From Candidatus Poribacteria bacterium (GTDB taxonomy: Bacteria > Poribacteria > WGA-4E > GCA-2687025): DNA of 64,000 nucleotides. The notes under the pieces were generated by a model. It worked only from the letters and a program-made list of their open reading frames with translations, did not search any database and had not been told where the DNA came from. How positions within the stretch are numbered: position 1 is the first letter of the stretch; each line of letters begins with the position of its first letter. The position numbers and the translations under genes are program-made. Shown piece by piece: positions 1 through 10,769 of this stretch. The stretch spans positions 1,856,001 through 1,920,000 of the forward strand of contig OY762492.1 in assembly GCA_963665845.2 (NCBI GenBank), written 5' to 3'.

Positions 1-236
1 AGAGGGAGGCGGTGCGCGACGGTCTCTAGATGGCCCGCCGCAGCCCCGCCGACGCGCTGCGTGGGCGAATCGGGCGCGATGAGGTCGGGCTGTTCCGCCT
101 CCATCGCTTCCAGACGGCGCATGAGTTGATCAAACTCGGCGTCCGAAATTTCAGGCGCGTTGTCGACAAAGTATAAACGCTCATGACGGCGTATTTCGCG
201 GCGCAGCCGCTCTAGCTCCGAAACGAATTTATCCAC
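1..236 (-). CDS. ligA: NAD-dependent DNA ligase, N-terminal part (runs off window edge)
   Basis: Manual minus-strand translation from GTG at 236: VDKFVSELERLRREIRRHERLYFVDNAPEISDAEFDQLMRRLEAMEAEQPDLIAPDSPTQRVGG..., the LigA domain Ia signature; purine-rich RBS upstream. Confidence 0.93.
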   Translation of the reverse strand, partial: MDKFVSELERLRREIRRHERLYFVDNAPEISDAEFDQLMRRLEAMEAEQPDLIAPDSPTQRVGGAAAGHLETVAHRLP

Positions 237-318
237 CTCAGCCCCTTCCTCTTTTGGTGCTTAAACGTAGGCAGCGCGGCATACGTTCCACCTTCACGAC
301 AACGCGCGGCGCCGCGTC

Positions 319-407
319 CGATTCCCCCTTGAAAAAGGGGCTAGGGGGTTTAAAAGACGGGCGCGGCGACTGCGATGCCTTAAGATTCCCGCTTACGCGG
401 GAATGAC
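319..407. repeat. Pair of palindromic REP-like elements (CCCCCTTGAAAAAGGGG type and ATTCCC-N8-GGGAAT type)
   Basis: attcccccttgaaaaaggggctagggggtt and gattcccgcttacgcgggaatgac, both recurring many times in the window. Confidence 0.85.
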
Positions 408-456
408 GAGCTGCCGGCGGTTGACATGCCGCTCGTAACGCATTAGCATCTTTTCA

Positions 457-1209
457 ATGAGCGCATCTATCTTACCGCCTTTATCGGACCTTGCCGCTGT
501 GAGCGCCGTCTTTTTGACCGCGTCGCTGCTGCAGGGAACGACAGGATTCGGCTTCGGCATGCTTCCGATGGCGCTGCTGCCGTTTTTTATGTCGGTGAAG
601 TACGCCAGCGTTCTGGTCGCCATGCTCGCGGTCTTCAACGCGGCGTATTTGGCATGGTCGCTTCGAAAGTCGATACCATGGGGCGTTTTATGCCGCCTGC
701 TGATAGGCTCCGTTGTCGGGCTTCCGCTCGGCGTTTATTTGTTGAAAGCGGCGCCGGAGTCGTTTATCAAGCGCATCGTCGGCGTCATGGTGATCGTGTA
801 TTCGGTCTATCATGCGGTCAACCAGCGCAGGCAGGGTAAAACGGCAAAATTGCTGCCGCTGTGGTGGAGCTATCCGACGGGGGCGGTTGCCGGGTCGCTG
901 GCAGGGGCGGCGAATGTCGCCGGTCCGCCGCTCATCTTTTATCTGTACAGCCAGCCGATCAAGCGGGATGTTTTCCGCGCCGCCTTGGCGAGTTACTTTC
1001 TCGCCGCCTCCTCCGCCAAAAGCGGATTGTCGATTGCGGTCGGTCTCGCCGAATGGAGCATGATCGCATACGCGGTCGTTTTGCCGTTCATCTGGATTGG
1101 GGCTAAAATCGGGTTGAAGCTGGGAACGCGCTTGAATAGAGATATGTTTGCGGGCGTAGTTCTGGTATCATTGGCCATACTCGGAATCATTCTGGTTGTG
1201 AAAGGTTAG
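457..1209 (+). CDS. Sulfite exporter TauE/SafE family membrane protein
   Basis: 250 aa, about 8 hydrophobic segments, GFGFG and GPP motifs typical of the family. Confidence 0.85.
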   Translation: MSASILPPLSDLAAVSAVFLTASLLQGTTGFGFGMLPMALLPFFMSVKYASVLVAMLAVFNAAYLAWSLRKSIPWGVLCRLLIGSVVGLPLGVYLLKAAPESFIKRIVGVMVIVYSVYHAVNQRRQGKTAKLLPLWWSYPTGAVAGSLAGAANVAGPPLIFYLYSQPIKRDVFRAALASYFLAASSAKSGLSIAVGLAEWSMIAYAVVLPFIWIGAKIGLKLGTRLNRDMFAGVVLVSLAILGIILVVKG

Positions 1210-1219
1210 AAAGGCTCAC

Positions 1220-2233
1220 ATGAAATCAGCCCTTCTCGGCTGCGGCGGACGCGCGCGCGGACACGCCAACGCTTATCAACATGTCACCAAAGGGGAGCTG
1301 GCGGCAATCTGCGACCTGGACGAGCAGCGGCTCCACGGACTGGGCGACCATTTCGGCATCGACACGCGCTACACGGACGTTCATAAAATGCTGGACGAGG
1401 TGAAGCCCGACCTGCTGCATATCGTCACGCAGCCGCATCTGCGCGTTCAGCTTCTGACGCTCGCGCATGAGCATAATGTTCCCGCCGTTCTGGTGGAGAA
1501 ACCGATCGCGCTTCAAGGCGAGGATTACAATCAGCTGGTCAAGTTGGAAGCCGAATCGGACACGAAGTTTGCGGTCAACCACCAGCTCCATTTTCATAAA
1601 AAATCGCTGGAGCTGCAGGAAGCGGCGGAAAGCGGCGCCGTCGGCGAGCGGCGGTTCATCGACGCGAGCGCGCGGCTGAACCTGTCTGGGCAGGGGACGC
1701 ACGTTTTGGAGCTGGTCTCCGCCTTCAACTCCAACTCGGCGCCGACATCCGTCTTCGGGCAGGTTGCGGGCGGCGGCAGCATCGGCGGCGGCGGACATTC
1801 CGCCCCAGAGCAATGCGTCGCCATCATCAACTACGAAAACGGAACGCAGGCGCAGCTGCTGTGCGGTACAAACGCGCGCCCCATCAACGAAAACGGCGCG
1901 CGCCACATGCACAAGCGCATCGCCGTCTACGGCACAAAAGGCGTCGTCCACTGGACAATGGCGTACTGGGAGCGGACGCTTCCGAACGGCGATCTGGAGC
2001 GCGGCGACCACAGCTACGGCGCGGAAGATGTGGTCGGACAGGCGGGGCTGACCGACGCCATGTTTGAATGGTCGGCAAACGACGACAAGCCTTGCCCGAC
2101 GAACCTGTCCAACTCGCTGACGCAATTCAACATCATTCTCGGCATCTACATGAGCGCGCTGCAGCATCGCCCCGTCAATCTGCCGGTGGAGCCGGACGAG
2201 GATCTGTTGAGCCAACTCAAAGCGCGCCTGTAG
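1220..2233 (+). CDS. Gfo/Idh/MocA family oxidoreductase
   Basis: N-terminal Rossmann GCGGRARGH, VEKP motif, GTH in the C-terminal domain. Confidence 0.9.
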   Translation: MKSALLGCGGRARGHANAYQHVTKGELAAICDLDEQRLHGLGDHFGIDTRYTDVHKMLDEVKPDLLHIVTQPHLRVQLLTLAHEHNVPAVLVEKPIALQGEDYNQLVKLEAESDTKFAVNHQLHFHKKSLELQEAAESGAVGERRFIDASARLNLSGQGTHVLELVSAFNSNSAPTSVFGQVAGGGSIGGGGHSAPEQCVAIINYENGTQAQLLCGTNARPINENGARHMHKRIAVYGTKGVVHWTMAYWERTLPNGDLERGDHSYGAEDVVGQAGLTDAMFEWSANDDKPCPTNLSNSLTQFNIILGIYMSALQHRPVNLPVEPDEDLLSQLKARL

Positions 2234-2250
2234 GTCGAAAGGAGAGCGGA

Positions 2251-2832
2251 ATGAGCGCAAACCCTGTCCGAGACGCCCTGCGCAGTCGGCGCACCGTCTT
2301 TCGGTTCAAGAAGGAGCCGGTCCCCAAAGAGGACCTGATCAAGATACTGGAGGCAGGCACCTGGGGACCGAACCATCATTTGACGCAGCCGTGGCGGTTC
2401 ACCGTCGTCGGTCCGAAGACGGACGATATTCTCGCGGAACGTTACCGCGACATTCAGATGGCGAAGGTGAGGGGGAAAGTCCCCGCCGATATACTGGCGC
2501 TCGCCGGTCAAAAGGGGGTCGATAAGTGGAACTCGAAGCCGACCGTCGTGTTCGTGTCGTGCCGTCAGGAAGGGGACGAGCAGGAGCGGCGGGAAGATTA
2601 CGCGGCGGCATGCTGCGCGATGCTGGGCATACAGCTCGCCGCGGCGGAGATCGGCGTCGGCCTCCAGTGGAGCACCGGCCCGATCACGATGGAGGACGCC
2701 TCCTACAAGCTGCTGGACATCGACCCCGAAAAAGAGTACATCATCGGGTTGCTTTACATGGGCTACCCTGAAGAGTTCAAAGACCCGACGCCGCGCATGG
2801 GCGTTGAGGAGGTAACACGCTGGACGGACTAA
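2251..2832 (+). CDS. Nitroreductase family protein
   Basis: ATG at 2251 after GGAGAG; RRTVFRF...AGTWGPNHHLTQPWRF and LYMGYP motifs. Confidence 0.9.
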   Translation: MSANPVRDALRSRRTVFRFKKEPVPKEDLIKILEAGTWGPNHHLTQPWRFTVVGPKTDDILAERYRDIQMAKVRGKVPADILALAGQKGVDKWNSKPTVVFVSCRQEGDEQERREDYAAACCAMLGIQLAAAEIGVGLQWSTGPITMEDASYKLLDIDPEKEYIIGLLYMGYPEEFKDPTPRMGVEEVTRWTD

Positions 2833-2842
2833 ATCGACCGCA

Positions 2843-5800
2843 ATGACCATTCTATGCTTGATGGCATGCTTCGCCCTGGCGGCGTCCGACGCCGAACCGC
2901 TCTCCGAGCCGGCGATTCAGCTGCTTCACGCGGACGAGTCGGGCGTTACGTTTCGGGTGGAGTTTCCTCCCGTTGAAGCGGCGCCGCTGGATGAATCGGG
3001 CAGCGTTCTGCTCTCATTTCCGGGGAGTTATCCGACCGGTCGGGTTGGGGAACCGCAGCTGCCGGCGGCGTCGGTCGCGCTCGGCGCGCCTCATGACGCG
3101 CAGATTTCCGTTCAGGCGTCTCCTGGGCATGTCGTAGAGACGGGCGGACGGCGCCCCGCGCCGGTTCCGTCCGCCGTCAATAAACGCCCTGTCTACCGCG
3201 AAAATGCGGAGGCGTACCGTTCGAACGCATTTCTCCCCGCTCGGTGGGCTGAAGTCGCTTCGGACGGGCTGATACGGGATCGGCGCGTCGTTCAGATAGA
3301 GATGCGCCCCATGCGTTTTCAGGCGTCCACGGGGCGGATGCGGCAATGCGCCTCGATGACGGTGCGCGTTGATTTTATGCGTCCGCCTTCCGCTTCCGTC
3401 TCTTTTTCAGGCTCCGCCGTTTCGATGGCGAGGGCTGAATCGCCGACGTTTCAACGTTACTTTGAACGGCATCTTCTGAACGAGGAGGCGTCTCGCGTTT
3501 GGCGCGCGCCGGCGGCGCCGAGCGGCGATGAGAGCGGCGGCTCTGAAACGCGGCGGTTCGCTGTCAAGATGCATGTCGCCGAGGAGGGCGTTTGCCGAGT
3601 GACAGGGGCGCAGCTGCAGGCGCTGGGCGTCGATCTGGGCATGGCGCAGCCGAGCCGCCTCCGCATTGAATGGAACGGCAAGGAGCTGCCGGCGTATGTG
3701 TCCGGCGCGCAGGACGGGCGTTTCGACCCTGAAGATTATGTCGATTTCATGTCGGCGGCGCCCCAATCGCATTACTCGCGTTACAATGTGTATTGGCTCA
3801 TTGCGGGCGAGCGGCGCGGTCTGCGCCCCGCGGAGCTGGAAGGCGCCGTTCAAACCCTGCTGGCGGATACGACGACGGCGACGGCGTTTCGCTCCAAGAT
3901 CAAGCTGGAAGAAAATCTGCTCCATACGCGGCTTCAAGAATCTCCGCCCAAAGCGGAACCGCCCGAAGACCCGCATCAATGGTACGACAACCGAAACCAC
4001 TGGCTATGGTTCGGCGTCCAAAACGGCTCGATTTCGAACATTCCAAATACGGCGTCGCGCGAGTTTCCGATATACGACCCCGCCGTGTCGCTCGATTTCG
4101 TCCACATCAATGCGGCGCTGCAGGGCGGAACGCCTGTTGAGCATCAAGCGGTCGTTATGTTCAACGGACTCCTCGTCGGGCGCGCGCAGGGAAACTGGTA
4201 TGATCAGGATCCGCTTCAGATGCGCAGGACGTTCCGCATGGAGCATCTGATCGATCCGGTGGACGGGTTGAACACGCTGGAAATCACGCGCGTGGACGAC
4301 ACCGGAGACAAAGACGAGGACGGCGACGACGCTGTGAGCAACATTGATCTATACCCGTACCATATCTATGTGGACAGCCTTGAGATCGAGTACACGAGGT
4401 TATACCGCGCCGTGTCCGACTCTCTCTTCGCGTCGTCGCCGCCCTCTAAGGCGCCGATTGCGGATCGGGCGCAGCGGTCGCTTCAGTATGACGTCTCCGA
4501 TTTTTTGAACCCGAACATTGCGGTGTATGAACATGACGGGCTTGGGCTGACGGCGCGGCTTCGGAATGTTGAAACGCGTTCGGTTCGGCTAAATCAGGAG
4601 GCGCGGGAGCGTCTGCTGGCGATTCAAGCCGCGCAGGGAAAAACGGAGCCGCTGCCCGACCGAACCTACACCGCCCGTTTTCAGATGCGCGACAACCGAG
4701 ACTGGAGCTTCATCGCCGTGTCGGACGACGGGGTCGTTCAGCCCGACCGGCTGGAGCTGGACATCCCCTCCAACCTGAAAGACCCGGCAAACGGCGCCGA
4801 CTGGATCATTATCTACCATTCGCGGTATGAGGAGATTGCGCGCCGTCTGCGCGACTGGCGGGCAACCGCGAAGGGAGGCGGACACCGCGCCTTCATGGCG
4901 GACATCGACGAGATATACGATGAATTTTCGCATGGCGCCGTCTCGCCGTGGGCGGTCAAGGCGTTTTTGAGGCATGCGTATGCGCATTGGAGCGGCGCGC
5001 CTGTCACGCATGTTGTTATTCTGGGAGACGGCACCTACGATCTATTCGGCGTGGACGCGAAGCGTTACCCTGAAGCGCCGGAGTTTATGGGTTATATTCC
5101 GACGCATTATGTGTGGTCGTTCTACGGGGAGACGGGAATTGATCACTGGTATGCGGCGGTGAGCGGCATTGACGCGCTGCCGGATCTGTTTCTTGGGCGG
5201 ATACCGGTGGAGAATGTGGACGAGGCGCGCGCCGCTGTTGAGAAGATCATCCGCTACGAGGAGCGTCCGCCGAACGGGACATGGCGGCGGCAGATCATCT
5301 CCGTCGCGGACGACCAGACGACGAATTCGGGCGATTTCATCTTCAAAAAAAGCCTGACCGAGATCAGTCAGAACCATACCCTGCTCGGTTATGTGACGAA
5401 CAAGATTTTTCTGTCCGACCATTTGGAAGAACACAACGATATCAAACCCCTGGCGTCCAAGGCGGCGCGGCGGGAGATCATGGACGCGCTGAACCGAGGC
5501 GCTGTCATCGCGCAATACGCCGGACATGGCGGGCGGTTTGTCTGGGCGGATGAGATTATCTTTGACAACACCGGCATTCGCGGGCTTTCCGAGACGGACC
5601 GGCTCTCGCTCATGTTTGTTTTGAGCTGCAACAACGCCTACTTTGACGCGCCCTCCGAGCCGAGCATGGGCGAATTGCTGATGCGCATTGAAAACAGGGG
5701 CATCGCCGGCATGATCGCGGCGACGCGGTACACCTTCGGCAGCGGAAATGATTCGCTCGCCAAGATCATCTTCGATGACATCTTCAAGCGCAATGTGCGC

Positions 5801-8773
5801 GGCTTCGGCGAAATCGCCTTCAATCCGAAGACGCAGCTGATGTTGGAACGCGGCCTCGGACATCTGGACGTCATGCAGCAGTACCTGCTCTTCGGCGATC
5901 CAGCGACCCATCTGTATACGGCAAAATATGAGGCGCATCCGATACTGGAAGCGCGGTCGGTTGAACCGGGCGGAACGCTGCGCATTCAGCCCGGCAGCGT
6001 TCTGAAATCGACCTACGACCCGAAAATACGCGATAAAACCTACGCGCCTGTGCCGAGTTTCAACGGGCGGCTCTTTGCGACCGCGCAATTTGTCGACAAA
6101 GAAAGCGGAGCCGTCATTGAAAAAACAGCGGAAGCGGACGCCGTGAACGGGCGGTACCCCGCCGTGGAGCTTCCCGTCCCGATCAACGCGCAGAAAGGGC
6201 GCGCCCAGGTGGAGCTGTACATTCAATCCAGCTCCGATCTCGCTGTCGGCGGCAGCGGATTCGCGGTGTCAGAACCGGTCATTGAGGAGATCGACGTCGC
6301 CGAGACGGACGGAAATGTGGAGATCGCGCTGAAGGCGGCCGACGACGGGGCGGTCGAGAGCGTCGTGCTGGAATGGAAGCAACACTTAGAGGATGGCTCC
6401 GAGTGGCGCTCGGCGCCGATGGTTCCCGACGCGGAGAAAGGCGCGGGATGGTACCAGCAGAGCCAGACGATAACGGCGCCGCCCGCCGGCGATCTGTTTT
6501 ATTACAGCGCGGTCGTAACGGACGCGGACGGAAACGAAACGGACACCGAGACGTTCTCCGTCGCATTCCATCCTGTTCCCGACTGGAGCGTCGCCGTCGA
6601 CCCTCAAACAGGCGATCCGATGATCCGATACGGGTACGACAGCGAGCGCGGCTGGGGAATTCAGCTGCGCATTGAAAACAAGAAGGAGGCGCCGGCTGAA
6701 GCGCCGGTGAAGGTCGTTCTGTATCTTGGGAATCCGGATCTGGACGGGGACAAGGCGCCGGACGAGAGCGCCAAAACGATCGGAGAAGCGGTTGTGAAGC
6801 TGTCGGACTGGACGCGCCCCAACCCGCTTCTAGACAGCCCGGACGGCGAGAATCGGCTCCGCGACCCGGATACGCCTTTGAACCTGAACTGGAAGGCGGA
6901 GGCGTTTGTCCCGTATCGGCTGGAGAACGGCGCTTACTGGATCGCCGCATGGATCGATCCAGACCGCGAGACGGCGGAGACGGAGAGCCGAATCGTCGAC
7001 AACCTGTCGCATCGGCTCATACTGGCGGACGAAACGCGCCCCGGCGCCTCTCCCGTTCAGCTTCAGACGCGGGACGGGGCGATGACCGCCTCTCTAAGCC
7101 GTCAGACGCTGGGCGGCGCTTACACCGCGCGTCTTTCTGTCGAGGAGAATTCTCTGCCCGCGCAGGCGGCGCTGACTCCGCTTCCGTGGCTGAACCCTGA
7201 CGCGGCGGCGCTGACCATAGAGGCTGACGGATTCGCTTCTGACGGGTCATTGAATGAACCGGCGCCCATTCAGATACGCTTCGACCTGGACGCCGTCCGC
7301 AGCTCAATTGAAAAGGCGCAGCGCGAGGCGGCTTCTAAAAAAGACGACGAAGAGGATGACGAAGATGAGGAGGAGCCTGACATGGACGCGTCTTTGATCA
7401 ACTTTTTGACGTCGGCGGGCGTCTATGAATGGCGTCCGCAATTGGAGCGGTGGCGGCGTTTGCGGGGCAGCGGCTTCGTCAAAAACGCGCAGCGGCAGCC
7501 GCAAACGTTTCCCGTATTGACGGAGCCGACCGCGCCGAAATTTCGAGCCGACGCCCGATGGGTATTCGATCCCGCCTCCGTGGAGCGCGGGCGGTATTTT
7601 GCTTTCATGACCGGCGCGAGAATCTACGACCTGTACCGCCGCGACCCGAACAGCCGAACGCTTGAGCGCGTTCTGGAAAGCCAGCCGACGCGCCCTGTCT
7701 TTGAGCCGATGCCTCCCGACGCGGACCTGCGCTACCCGTCTCTTCGAAACGGGCTGTCGGCGCTGCAGTTTGGAGAGGTTTGGGAAGCGAACCTGAACTT
7801 CGCTCAATCAGGCGGGACAGGAACTGCGGACGCCTATCTTGGAAACTCCGGCGGCGGCGTCGTCCGACCCTTTCTGACGGGGGAAGAGGTTGAGGAAGAT
7901 GTGTGGACGGTCATGTTCATCAGCCGGCGCAACTTTGAAGTGCGCCGCCGTTCCCGCCCCAATGAACCGCCCCGCATCGGTTCCATTGCGGACGGATGGA
8001 CTAGCGAAGACGGAACGCTGCGCATTGAAGCGCTGTCAGGAAAGAAACCGTTTGAGCCGGGCGACGCGATACGGTTTGAAACGCGCCATGTCGGCGCTCT
8101 GGACGCGATGGCGCCGCGGCTGGGAACCTTCGCTGTCTTTCACACCACTGACGAGAGCGCGCCCGAAATCAGCTTTGCGGTTGAGGGGCAGGATTTTGCG
8201 GACGGAGACGCTGTCTCGCCGACGCCGGCTATCGCGGTCGCCGTATCGGACGACAGCGGCGTCGACCCGCTGGATGTGTCGCTCTCCTTGACGCGCGACG
8301 GGCAGCCCGCCCCGCCGATCTACGCCTCCGATCTGCGCTTCCACGCCGCGCCCGGTTCCAACAAGCTGCTCATCAACTACGCGCCGGAGCTGGAGCCGGG
8401 AAATTACCGACTCAAAGCGTCCGCTGCCGACCTGGACGGAAACGAAGCGAGCGGAGAGATACGTTTCAACGTGTCGCAGTCGGTCGAACTGATCAGCGTC
8501 TTGAACTATCCGAACCCGTTTCGGACGGAGACCGACATCGCCGTTGAAGCGGCGGGCGAAATGGAGACGCTGGACATCGCCGTTTATTCGCTTCAGGGGC
8601 GGGTCGTTCGGCGGCTTCAGCATCCGCCGTCGGCAGGTTTCGTCAGCGTTCGCTGGGACGGGCGGGACGCGGACGGGCGCGAGGTGGCAAACGGGGTGTA
8701 CTACGCTGTCGTCAAAATGACCGCGCGCGGAGAGACGCGCTCGCAAACCTTGAAGCTGTTGAAACTGAAATAA
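2843..8773 (+). CDS. C25 (gingipain-family) cysteine peptidase, PorU-like sortase, with C-terminal FlgD-Ig/T9SS-type domain
   Basis: Signal peptide; C25 propeptide-like N-terminus; IYDEFSHG, LGDG, GRIPV, catalytic YAGHGG and LSCNNAYFD, LFGDP; C-terminal NYPNPF...WDGRD...NGVY...LLKLK; followed directly by a PorV-like gene. Confidence 0.85.
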   Translation: MTILCLMACFALAASDAEPLSEPAIQLLHADESGVTFRVEFPPVEAAPLDESGSVLLSFPGSYPTGRVGEPQLPAASVALGAPHDAQISVQASPGHVVETGGRRPAPVPSAVNKRPVYRENAEAYRSNAFLPARWAEVASDGLIRDRRVVQIEMRPMRFQASTGRMRQCASMTVRVDFMRPPSASVSFSGSAVSMARAESPTFQRYFERHLLNEEASRVWRAPAAPSGDESGGSETRRFAVKMHVAEEGVCRVTGAQLQALGVDLGMAQPSRLRIEWNGKELPAYVSGAQDGRFDPEDYVDFMSAAPQSHYSRYNVYWLIAGERRGLRPAELEGAVQTLLADTTTATAFRSKIKLEENLLHTRLQESPPKAEPPEDPHQWYDNRNHWLWFGVQNGSISNIPNTASREFPIYDPAVSLDFVHINAALQGGTPVEHQAVVMFNGLLVGRAQGNWYDQDPLQMRRTFRMEHLIDPVDGLNTLEITRVDDTGDKDEDGDDAVSNIDLYPYHIYVDSLEIEYTRLYRAVSDSLFASSPPSKAPIADRAQRSLQYDVSDFLNPNIAVYEHDGLGLTARLRNVETRSVRLNQEARERLLAIQAAQGKTEPLPDRTYTARFQMRDNRDWSFIAVSDDGVVQPDRLELDIPSNLKDPANGADWIIIYHSRYEEIARRLRDWRATAKGGGHRAFMADIDEIYDEFSHGAVSPWAVKAFLRHAYAHWSGAPVTHVVILGDGTYDLFGVDAKRYPEAPEFMGYIPTHYVWSFYGETGIDHWYAAVSGIDALPDLFLGRIPVENVDEARAAVEKIIRYEERPPNGTWRRQIISVADDQTTNSGDFIFKKSLTEISQNHTLLGYVTNKIFLSDHLEEHNDIKPLASKAARREIMDALNRGAVIAQYAGHGGRFVWADEIIFDNTGIRGLSETDRLSLMFVLSCNNAYFDAPSEPSMGELLMRIENRGIAGMIAATRYTFGSGNDSLAKIIFDDIFKRNVRGFGEIAFNPKTQLMLERGLGHLDVMQQYLLFGDPATHLYTAKYEAHPILEARSVEPGGTLRIQPGSVLKSTYDPKIRDKTYAPVPSFNGRLFATAQFVDKESGAVIEKTAEADAVNGRYPAVELPVPINAQKGRAQVELYIQSSSDLAVGGSGFAVSEPVIEEIDVAETDGNVEIALKAADDGAVESVVLEWKQHLEDGSEWRSAPMVPDAEKGAGWYQQSQTITAPPAGDLFYYSAVVTDADGNETDTETFSVAFHPVPDWSVAVDPQTGDPMIRYGYDSERGWGIQLRIENKKEAPAEAPVKVVLYLGNPDLDGDKAPDESAKTIGEAVVKLSDWTRPNPLLDSPDGENRLRDPDTPLNLNWKAEAFVPYRLENGAYWIAAWIDPDRETAETESRIVDNLSHRLILADETRPGASPVQLQTRDGAMTASLSRQTLGGAYTARLSVEENSLPAQAALTPLPWLNPDAAALTIEADGFASDGSLNEPAPIQIRFDLDAVRSSIEKAQREAASKKDDEEDDEDEEEPDMDASLINFLTSAGVYEWRPQLERWRRLRGSGFVKNAQRQPQTFPVLTEPTAPKFRADARWVFDPASVERGRYFAFMTGARIYDLYRRDPNSRTLERVLESQPTRPVFEPMPPDADLRYPSLRNGLSALQFGEVWEANLNFAQSGGTGTADAYLGNSGGGVVRPFLTGEEVEEDVWTVMFISRRNFEVRRRSRPNEPPRIGSIADGWTSEDGTLRIEALSGKKPFEPGDAIRFETRHVGALDAMAPRLGTFAVFHTTDESAPEISFAVEGQDFADGDAVSPTPAIAVAVSDDSGVDPLDVSLSLTRDGQPAPPIYASDLRFHAAPGSNKLLINYAPELEPGNYRLKASAADLDGNEASGEIRFNVSQSVELISVLNYPNPFRTETDIAVEAAGEMETLDIAVYSLQGRVVRRLQHPPSAGFVSVRWDGRDADGREVANGVYYAVVKMTARGETRSQTLKLLKLK

Positions 8774-8774
8774 G

Positions 8775-9773
8775 GTGAAGATGCGCATCGCCCTTGCTGC
8801 CATGGCTCTTTTGATTTTGCCGCTGCGCCCCTGCGCCGCGGAGCCGTTTGCCGGCGAGTTTATGACCCTTGGGGCGGGCGCGCGCGCCATCGGGATGGGC
8901 GGGGCGTATGCCGCGCTCGCGGACGACGCATCCGCCGCCTACTGGAACCCCGCCGGCCTCGCCCAACTGGATCGAACGCAGGCGGCGTTCATGCACTCGA
9001 CGCTTCATGGGCTGGACGCCTACGACTATTTCAACGCAGCGCATCCGATCGGGAACGGCGTATGGAGCCTCTCATGGCTGCGCGTCGGCATTGACGATAT
9101 TAAACTCACCTCGACGCCGAATTCGCAGTCGGTCAGCTCGGTCAACCGCCCGACGGTTCGGGCGGAAGGGTCTGTGTCGAACAACGCCTTCACGCTTGCA
9201 TGGGGTACGCGCGCTTTTGAAGCGGATCGGCTCGCCGCGTATGTCGGTCTTGCCGGGAAGTTTATTTTCATATCGGCTCCTGAAGGCAACAACGCGTTCG
9301 GCGTCGGCGCGGACGCGGCGGCTCTCGGCGTCTACCGCCTCTCTGACGGGGCGCAGCTGCGCGCCGCCGCGAATCTGCAGGACGCGGCAGAGACGAAAAT
9401 TTACTGGAACACTCCGCCGAAAAGCGGCGAATCGTCTCACCGAGACGTTATCGATCAGAACCTGAAACTTGGACTGGCGCTGGCGCATTCCGTTCCGCCG
9501 GGGGAGAATTCGTCGTTCACCATCGCCGCGGAACTGAACTCAAAATACGATTATGAAAAAAACTTTGGCGCGGAATGGAACCTCGGAAACGCGCTGGCGC
9601 TGCGCCTCGGATTGATGGAGCGCAAATCTGCCGCCGAGACGCTGCGCGACATCTCCGCCGGCGCCGGCTTCAAGCTTGGATTCACAGGCGGTCAGTCGTT
9701 TATGGTCGATTACGCCTTCACCAGCGGCGAGATCGGCGGGAGCCATCGGCTATCGATTGCTGTCGGACTATAA
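8775..9773 (+). CDS. PorV/PorQ-family outer-membrane beta-barrel
   Basis: Signal peptide; GARAIGMGGAY...DASAAYWNPAGLA motif; C-terminal DYAF...SHRLSI barrel strands. Confidence 0.85.
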   Translation: MKMRIALAAMALLILPLRPCAAEPFAGEFMTLGAGARAIGMGGAYAALADDASAAYWNPAGLAQLDRTQAAFMHSTLHGLDAYDYFNAAHPIGNGVWSLSWLRVGIDDIKLTSTPNSQSVSSVNRPTVRAEGSVSNNAFTLAWGTRAFEADRLAAYVGLAGKFIFISAPEGNNAFGVGADAAALGVYRLSDGAQLRAAANLQDAAETKIYWNTPPKSGESSHRDVIDQNLKLGLALAHSVPPGENSSFTIAAELNSKYDYEKNFGAEWNLGNALALRLGLMERKSAAETLRDISAGAGFKLGFTGGQSFMVDYAFTSGEIGGSHRLSIAVGL

Positions 9774-10700
9774 ACCTAAAACGCGCGATTTCAACAGGGC
9801 AAGAATACGCGCTTCGTCCGCTTCAAACGCGGCGCGCGCGTTCGGGGTATCGTCCGCCTCTTCGTAGGTTCTGCCTAAAAACTTTCCCTCCGCCGTCTCC
9901 ACCCGCGCGGTGACGCGTTCCAACCGAAACATGCTTTTGTCGATCAGATAGGCGATGACGAGCGCGTCATGGACATGCATGCCGTTGACGCCGACCGCTT
10001 TTTGCGTGAACGCGAGCAGTAGCGCCGAGATGTCGCGCGTGAAACGCCCCAGAGAGCCGGGCGCCTCCGCCAGCGTTTGCGGAGGCAGCAGAACGGAGCT
10101 GGTCGCGTCCAGCGGAATGAAGGTCGGGCGCAAACCCGCCGAGAGAACCTCCTCAAGCGCATGCGGGTCGGCGTATACGTTGAACTCCGCATGCGGCGAA
10201 ATGTTGCCCGCCGTCCGAAACGCGCCGCCCATGACAACCATCTCTTGATAACGGCGCATCCTGCGGGCGTCGGCGCGCGCGGCGAGCGCGATATTTGTCA
10301 ACGGACCAAACGCGGCGAGCGCCGTCTCTTCGTCCGCCGCGTCTAAGATCAGGTCAACCGCATGGCGTTTGTCGAGCGGCGCGTCGGAGGGCGGGTAACG
10401 CATGCTTCCGTCTGGATTGCGCAGCTTGGTCGCCCCGCCGAGTCCGTCTCCGCCATGCACATGTTCCGCTCCGATGCGAGGGCGAAAGAGCGGCTGATCC
10501 GCCCCCATCGCTACAGGCGGACGGGGGGACGGGTTCAACACGTCCATGATGCGGAGCGCGTTTGCGGCGCCTTTTTCGACGGAGCAGTTGCCGTTCACAA
10601 CGCTGACGCCGACGACCGACAACTCTGGGGAACGGAACGCCAGGGCGAGGGCTAAGGCGTCGTCTATGCCTGGGTCGGCGTCTATGAGGATGCGTTTCAA
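9768..10700 (-). CDS. Inosine/uridine-preferring nucleoside hydrolase
   Basis: DADPGIDDA, HGGDGLG, GPLTN, MGG...GN...AEFN..ADP and HD motifs. Confidence 0.93.
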   Translation of the reverse strand: MKRILIDADPGIDDALALALAFRSPELSVVGVSVVNGNCSVEKGAANALRIMDVLNPSPRPPVAMGADQPLFRPRIGAEHVHGGDGLGGATKLRNPDGSMRYPPSDAPLDKRHAVDLILDAADEETALAAFGPLTNIALAARADARRMRRYQEMVVMGGAFRTAGNISPHAEFNVYADPHALEEVLSAGLRPTFIPLDATSSVLLPPQTLAEAPGSLGRFTRDISALLLAFTQKAVGVNGMHVHDALVIAYLIDKSMFRLERVTARVETAEGKFLGRTYEEADDTPNARAAFEADEARILALLKSRVLGL

Positions 10701-10769
10701 GCTTGACTTTCCCGCATCCAGTCGAGACAGTTGCTGTAGTAGAGCGTGTTGACGTTCATGAGGCGCGCA

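Noticed and set aside
1226-2260. Long antisense ORFs (also 5042-6226, 22481-23440, 62766-63947)
   Set aside because: Shadow frames opposite well-supported genes, as expected from GC-rich codon bias.
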